This document shows positions 59,026 to 64,000 of a DNA stretch of 64,000 nt, one piece after another (position 1 is the stretch's first letter; each line of letters begins with the position of its first letter). The stretch is taken from positions 11,803 to 75,802 of the forward strand of contig JAGWAE010000002.1 of assembly GCA_018302135.1 (NCBI GenBank), given 5' to 3'. A program made the position numbers and the translations under genes. This DNA is from Candidatus Woesearchaeota archaeon. Its GTDB lineage: Archaea > Nanobdellota > Nanobdellia > SCGC-AAA011-G17 > PNOQ01. Under the pieces are notes generated by a model that saw nothing but the letters and a program-made list of their open reading frames with translations, was not told the origin of the DNA and ran no database searches.

Positions 59026-61650
59026 CTAAATTTTGGATTCTTGTTTTATATAGTTTTTTGTTTCATCTATTACAAATATTTTTCTTAATTCTAAAATTAC
59101 TATTCCTACAAGTACTACACCTAATGAGATTAACCAATCATTTAAAGATAATTGAACTAACTCAAAAAATTCACTTATTGGTGTATATATTAAAATTATT
59201 TGTAATCCTAAAGCCAATAATATTGAAATTAATAAAAATTTGTTATTAAACAAACTCATTTTGAATATACTTTTTTTATTAGATCTACAAACAAGTACCA
59301 AAAATAATTCAAATAAAATTACTGTTGTCAAAACCATTGTTCTTGCTTTGTCTATATTTCCAGAAACATTATAAGAATATGAAAAAATAGAAATACCTAT
59401 TACTGTTAATAACACTGCAGATAAAATTAGAAATGGTGTTGAACCATTTAATATAGACTCCTTTGGATTTCTTGGTTTTCTATGCATAATATTTTTTTCT
59501 GCAGGATCTACTCCTAATGCTATTGCAGGCAAACTATCTGTGATTAAATTAATCCAAAGAATTTGTAAAGGTAATAATGGTAAAGGTAAAGATAAAATTA
59601 AAGACATTGTAATTATACCTATTTCTCCAAGATTTGCAGATAATACTAATTTAACAAACTTTTTTGTGTTATCATAAATTCTTCTTCCGTGACTTACTGC
59701 ATTAACAATTGAGTTAAAATTATCATCTAATAATATTACATCTGATGAATCTCTTGTAACATCTGTGCCAGAAATACCCATTGCTATACTTACATTTGCT
59801 TTTTTTAATGCTGGTGCATCATTAATACCATCTCCAGTCATTGCTACAATCTCTCCTTTTTCTTGTAAGTTTTCTAAAATTAGTACTTTGTGTTCTGGGT
59901 TTACTCTTGCGTAAATGTCTACTTGGTTAATAATAGAAGATATTTGATCTTTGTTCATATTTGAAAGTTGTTCGCCAGTAATAACTCTTGTACCTAAGTT
60001 TAATTCTTTTGCAATTGCTTGTGCGGTTAATGCATTATCTCCAGTTATCATTATTACTCTGATTCCTGCCTTTTTGCAAAGCTTGATTGCTTCTTTTGCT
60101 TCTTCTCTTGGAGAGTCTATCATACCTACTAATCCTAAAAATATCATTTCTTTTGAATTGTTTTCTTTTGAAAATGCTAATCCTAAAACTCTTAATGCTG
60201 AATTAGCCATTTTTGAATTCATTAATAATATTCTTTCTTTGTCTTTTGGATCAATAAATTTTATTCTGCCATTATCATAATAATATTTACATTTGGCTAA
60301 TACAATTTCTGGGGCACCTTTCATATGAATACACTTTTTATCTTGATATGAATCTAAAGTTGCCATAAATTTTTTAATTGAGTCAAATGGAGTTTCATCT
60401 ACTCTTGTAAAATTTGTTTTGATATTTGCTTTTTTTGCAGCAACTAATAATGCTAATTCTGTTGGATCTCCAATTTTGTTTTCTAGTTGAGAATTATTAC
60501 AAAGAATTCCAGTTTCTAATAATTTTTCAATTCTTTTTGTATCATATTTTGTTGAAAATGAAGTTTTAAAATTTCCTTTTGTATCGTAACCATTCCCAGT
60601 TACTTGTATTAATTCGTTATTTGCATATATTTGAGTTACTGTCATTTCTCCTTTTGTCATTGTTCCTGTTTTATCTGCACAAATAACAGTTACAGCACCA
60701 AGAGTTTCTATTGATGAGAGTTTTCTTACTAACGCTTTATTTTGTGCCATTCTTTGCACACCTAAAGCTAAAGAAACAGTTAGAACTATTGGCAATCCTT
60801 CTGGTATTGCTGCAACTGCTATACTTATCGCAGTCATTATTGATTCTGATAATGGAATTTTTCTAATAAAACCTAATCCTAATAATAATATAACTACAAA
60901 GAGAATAATTTTAGTTAAACTTTTACTTACTTTTTTTAATTTTTTTTCTAATAACGTTTCTTCTTTTTTTATAGTTTGTAATGAACTGGCAATTTTACCA
61001 AATTCAGTTTTATCTCCTGTAGAAATTACAACTGCTTTTGCTCTACCAGAGGCAACAATTGTTCCTGCAAAAACCATATTGGTTTGTAGCGCTAATGTTT
61101 GAGTTTGTTGTATCTGTTTTGTTATTTTTTCTACTGGCAAAGATTCTCCGGTTAAAATTGATTCATTTGTTTTAAAATCAAAAACTTGAATTAAACGAGC
61201 ATCCGCAGGTATTTTGTCTCCTTCTTCTAATATTAATATATCTCCCGGAACAACTTCTTCTGAATTTATTATGATTAAACGTTTGTTTCTTATAACTTTG
61301 GCTGAAGAGGCACTAATCTTCTTTAATAATTCTAAAGCACGCTCCGCTTTGTATTCTTGATAATATCCAAGCACACTATTAATTATTAATATTACTAAAA
61401 TTACCGAAGCGTCTAAAAATTCTTTTATTATTAATGAGATTATTATTGCTAAAAATAAAATATAAATTAATGGACTTTTAAATTGCCTAATAAAAATTGA
61501 TAGTTTAGAAATACCTTTTTGTTTCTCTATTTTGTTTAAACCTACTTTTTTTAATCTGTATTCTGCTTCATGTTGGGATAATCCATTATTAAAATCAGAG
61601 TTTAATGATGTTAAAACTTGTTCTTTTGATTTGGAATGATATGGAATCAT
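59026..61650 (-). CDS. P-type cation (Ca2+-like, type II) ATPase
   Basis: LTGES, IPEGLP, DKTGT, KGAPE, TGDN and GDGINDAPALK. Confidence 0.95.
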   Translation of the reverse strand: MIPYHSKSKEQVLTSLNSDFNNGLSQHEAEYRLKKVGLNKIEKQKGISKLSIFIRQFKSPLIYILFLAIIISLIIKEFLDASVILVILIINSVLGYYQEYKAERALELLKKISASSAKVIRNKRLIIINSEEVVPGDILILEEGDKIPADARLIQVFDFKTNESILTGESLPVEKITKQIQQTQTLALQTNMVFAGTIVASGRAKAVVISTGDKTEFGKIASSLQTIKKEETLLEKKLKKVSKSLTKIILFVVILLLGLGFIRKIPLSESIMTAISIAVAAIPEGLPIVLTVSLALGVQRMAQNKALVRKLSSIETLGAVTVICADKTGTMTKGEMTVTQIYANNELIQVTGNGYDTKGNFKTSFSTKYDTKRIEKLLETGILCNNSQLENKIGDPTELALLVAAKKANIKTNFTRVDETPFDSIKKFMATLDSYQDKKCIHMKGAPEIVLAKCKYYYDNGRIKFIDPKDKERILLMNSKMANSALRVLGLAFSKENNSKEMIFLGLVGMIDSPREEAKEAIKLCKKAGIRVIMITGDNALTAQAIAKELNLGTRVITGEQLSNMNKDQISSIINQVDIYARVNPEHKVLILENLQEKGEIVAMTGDGINDAPALKKANVSIAMGISGTDVTRDSSDVILLDDNFNSIVNAVSHGRRIYDNTKKFVKLVLSANLGEIGIITMSLILSLPLPLLPLQILWINLITDSLPAIALGVDPAEKNIMHRKPRNPKESILNGSTPFLILSAVLLTVIGISIFSYSYNVSGNIDKARTMVLTTVILFELFLVLVCRSNKKSIFKMSLFNNKFLLISILLALGLQIILIYTPISEFFELVQLSLNDWLISLGVVLVGIVILELRKIFVIDETKNYIKQESKI

Positions 61651-61689
61651 TAGTAAATTTTATTATTTATATTATATAAATGTTTTTTA

Positions 61690-61763
61690 TGGGGCTGCTC
61701 GGATTTGAACCGGGATCACCAGGACCCCATCCTGGTAGGCTAACCAAGTTACCCCACAACCCC
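61690..61763 (-). tRNA. tRNA-Pro(GGG)
   Basis: Reverse complement: acceptor GGGGTTG/CAGCCCC-A, anticodon arm CCAGG AT-GGG-GT CCTGG. Confidence 0.93.
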
Positions 61764-61768
61764 AAAAA

Positions 61769-61842
61769 TGACCCTACTGGGATTTGAACCCAGATCTACC
61801 GGGCCGAAACCGGTGACTCTATCCAAGTTAAGCTATAGGGCC
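61769..61842 (-). tRNA. tRNA-Arg(TCG)
   Basis: Reverse complement: acceptor GGCCCTA/TAGGGTC-A, anticodon arm ACCGG TT-TCG-GC CCGGT, A20 in the D-loop. Confidence 0.93.
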
Positions 61843-61918
61843 TTAAAATATTAATTTTCATAAACTTATAAAATAATCGGAAAGCTTTTTATATTTGTAT
61901 TTCCAGATTTTGTTTGGG

Positions 61919-62347
61919 GTGAAGTTATTGAAAAAAAAGAAAGTTTTATTAAAAAAGAAAAAAGTTCCGACATTAGTTAAAGTTATTTCAGTTTTCTATT
62001 ACATAGGTGCGTTCTTAGGTTTACTTTTTGGAATATTATTTATGGTTGGTGCTAAGATAGTATATTTAATACTAGACCAAATACCCGAGCTTGCAGCGCT
62101 AGGTTCTGGAATCTTTGTTGTTTTAGGAGTAATATTAATAGTAATGAGTGTTGTTGACTTCTTTATTGGAGTAGGATTATGGAACGGTAAACGTTGGGCT
62201 AGAATATGGGTAATAATCTTCTGTGCTTTAGGAATTTTAAGTGCCATAATTAATGGGATACTTGTAAATTTGGGTAGCTTAATAATAAACTTAGCTATTG
62301 GATTGTACTTTTACCTAGATAAAGACGTTAAAAAAGCTTTTAATTAA
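61919..62347 (+). CDS. Four-helix membrane protein (DUF2127-like)
   Basis: P..VKVIS, G.GLW.GKRWARI and DVKKAF. Exact start uncertain. Confidence 0.7.
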   Translation: MKLLKKKKVLLKKKKVPTLVKVISVFYYIGAFLGLLFGILFMVGAKIVYLILDQIPELAALGSGIFVVLGVILIVMSVVDFFIGVGLWNGKRWARIWVIIFCALGILSAIINGILVNLGSLIINLAIGLYFYLDKDVKKAFN

Positions 62348-62356
62348 TTTTTTATA

Positions 62357-62430
62357 TGGCCTTACGGGGATTTGAACCCCGATCGCCCGGTCCGTAGCCG
62401 AGAGCTCTATCCAAGTTAAGCTATAAGGCC
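62357..62430 (-). tRNA. tRNA-Arg(ACG), A34 anticodon
   Basis: Reverse complement GGCCTTA TA GCTT AACTTGGATA GAGC T CTCGG CT-ACG-GA CCGGG CGAT CGGGG TTCAAAT CCCCG TAAGGCC A. Confidence 0.92.
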
Positions 62431-62453
62431 TCAAGAGTAAAGAAATATGTTAG

Positions 62454-62687
62454 TTAAAAAAGCTTACCCTCTAATGATATTTTAAAATCGTTCACTTTGT
62501 TTCTTATACCCTCGTCAGATACATATAAGTCTAAAACTCTTCTTGCATGGGCTAAATCTTCTAATTCTACATGTTGAAGTATTAACTTTATAATTGAAGG
62601 TGGAACTCTACTTTCATATTCGTTTGCTAATGTACATAAATCGGAGTAATAAAACTTAGGTTTTACATCTTTAGAATTAGGATCCAT
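62454..62687 (-). CDS. Hypothetical protein
   Basis: 77-aa ORF with ATG and plausible composition. No motif. Confidence 0.5.
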   Translation of the reverse strand: MDPNSKDVKPKFYYSDLCTLANEYESRVPPSIIKLILQHVELEDLAHARRVLDLYVSDEGIRNKVNDFKISLEGKLF

Positions 62688-62780
62688 GATTCTGGGGATT
62701 TACAATTAGTTAAAAACTTTGCGTTACTCTATTTTTAAAAATAAAAACATTTAAAAGTATTAACAAGAAGTGTATAACAT

Positions 62781-64000
62781 ATGGATAACAAAGGGGTAAA
62801 TGCAGTTAAAAAAGAAAATTTTTCTGAATGGTACACTCAAGTTATACAAAAAGCAGATTTAATAGATTATAGTGAGGTTTCTGGCTGCTTAATTTTTAAA
62901 CCAGGATCTTATTCTATATGGGAAAACATACAGAGTTATTTGGATGGTAAATTTAAAAAAGATGGAGTGAAAAATGCATACTTTCCTTTACTTATACCCG
63001 AGCATTTATTTAAAAAAGAAGCTGAACATGTTCAAGGATTCGCTCCAGAAGTTGCTTGGGTAACTCATGCAGGAAATACTAAATTAAATGAAAGATTGGC
63101 TATAAGACCAACATCTGAAACTATAATGTATGATTCTTATGCTAAATGGATTAGAAGTTGGAAAGATTTACCATTAAGATACAATCAATGGTGTAATGTT
63201 ATTAGATGGGAATTTAAACATCCTGTTCCATTTTTGAGGACTAGAGAATTTTTGTGGCAGGAAGGGCATAGTGTTTTTGCTACTAAAAAAGAAGCTGATA
63301 AAGAGGCCATAAGAATTTTAAATTTTTACGCTGATTGTTATGAAAAAATTTTAGCGGTTCCTGTTTTGAAAGGAATAAAATCAAAAAATGAAAAATTTGC
63401 TGGTGCGGATTATTCTCTAAGTGTTGAAACTTTATTGCCTAATGGAAAAGCAATACAAGGAGCAACTTCACACAATTTAGGACAGAATTTTTCAAAAGCA
63501 TTCGGTATAAAATTTTTAGATATATCTGAGAAAAATGATTATGGTTGGCAAAACTCTTGGGGATTTTCAACAAGAAGCATAGGCATAATGATAGCTATAC
63601 ATGGAGATGATAAAGGAATAATATTACCTCCAAACGTTGTCTTGAATAAAGTTGTTGTTGTCCCAATATTATTTACAAAAGATAAAAAAGAAATAGTAAA
63701 TGTTGCAAATTCTATTGTTAAAAAGTTAAAAAAGTTTAATCCTTTGTTAGATGACAGAGATGATTATAGTGCAGGATGGAAGTTTAATGAATGGGAAATG
63801 AAAGGGATTCCGTTAAGAATTGAGATTGGGCCTAAAGATTTAGCTAGTAAACAAGTTGTTTTTGTCAGAAGAGATAATAATGAAAAAATTAATGTTAAAA
63901 TAAAAGATATTGGTAAAGAAGTTCCAAAAGTTTTGAATGAAATACAAGAAAATTTGTTTTTGAAAGCTAAAAAATTTTTAGAAGGGTCTATTCAAAAAGT
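62781..64000 (+). CDS. proS: Prolyl-tRNA synthetase, archaeal/eukaryotic type (3'-truncated by window edge)
   Basis: Hand translation MDNKGVNAVKKENFSEWYTQVIQKADLIDY...EHVQGFAPEVAWVT...RPTSETIMY...FLRTREFLWQEGH...QNSWGFSTR. Confidence 0.95.
   Translation, partial: MDNKGVNAVKKENFSEWYTQVIQKADLIDYSEVSGCLIFKPGSYSIWENIQSYLDGKFKKDGVKNAYFPLLIPEHLFKKEAEHVQGFAPEVAWVTHAGNTKLNERLAIRPTSETIMYDSYAKWIRSWKDLPLRYNQWCNVIRWEFKHPVPFLRTREFLWQEGHSVFATKKEADKEAIRILNFYADCYEKILAVPVLKGIKSKNEKFAGADYSLSVETLLPNGKAIQGATSHNLGQNFSKAFGIKFLDISEKNDYGWQNSWGFSTRSIGIMIAIHGDDKGIILPPNVVLNKVVVVPILFTKDKKEIVNVANSIVKKLKKFNPLLDDRDDYSAGWKFNEWEMKGIPLRIEIGPKDLASKQVVFVRRDNNEKINVKIKDIGKEVPKVLNEIQENLFLKAKKFLEGSIQK

Noticed and set aside
388-62247. 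Numerous 60-120 aa antisense or alternate-frame ORFs in the track
   Set aside because: They lie within well-supported genes on the opposite strand or frame and show no motifs.
61769-62430. Repeated tRNA-Arg sequence as attL/attR of an integrated element
   Set aside because: Both copies are complete tRNAs with different anticodons, only one small membrane gene lies between them, and there is no integrase.

Overview
AT-rich chromosomal window from an archaeon. Archaeal markers include gatD/gatE, deoxyhypusine synthase, TrmB, XPD, ATP-dependent ligase, archaeal-type ProRS, TTTATAAA-type TATA promoters and CCA-less tRNAs. Gene content and style suggest DPANN, probably Woesearchaeota/Pacearchaeota (inference). 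It holds about 65 CDS covering tRNA synthetases, Fe-S assembly, an nrdR-nrdJ-dut operon, ftsZ, polyamine/hypusine genes, an oxidative-stress/DNA-repair cluster, transporters and two giant surface proteins, plus 7 intron-less tRNA genes. No CRISPR array, rRNA or transposase was seen. Most notable: (1) two tRNAs with adenosine at the wobble position, tRNA-Thr(AGT) and tRNA-Arg(ACG), a class generally considered absent from archaea; (2) two unannotated tandem leader ORFs coupled to a SAM-decarboxylase-family gene, resembling polyamine-sensing uORF/leader-peptide control; (3) a giant protein ending in a lytic transglycosylase domain; (4) a Sec-exported miniature RHS protein with an HEXXH C-terminal domain; (5) a promoter-driven structured RNA upstream of sod. 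Three genes (aspS, an amino-acid permease, a PD-(D/E)XK nuclease) are broken by short deletions that are probably assembly errors. Coordinates outside the ORF track were counted by hand and may be off by a few bases.
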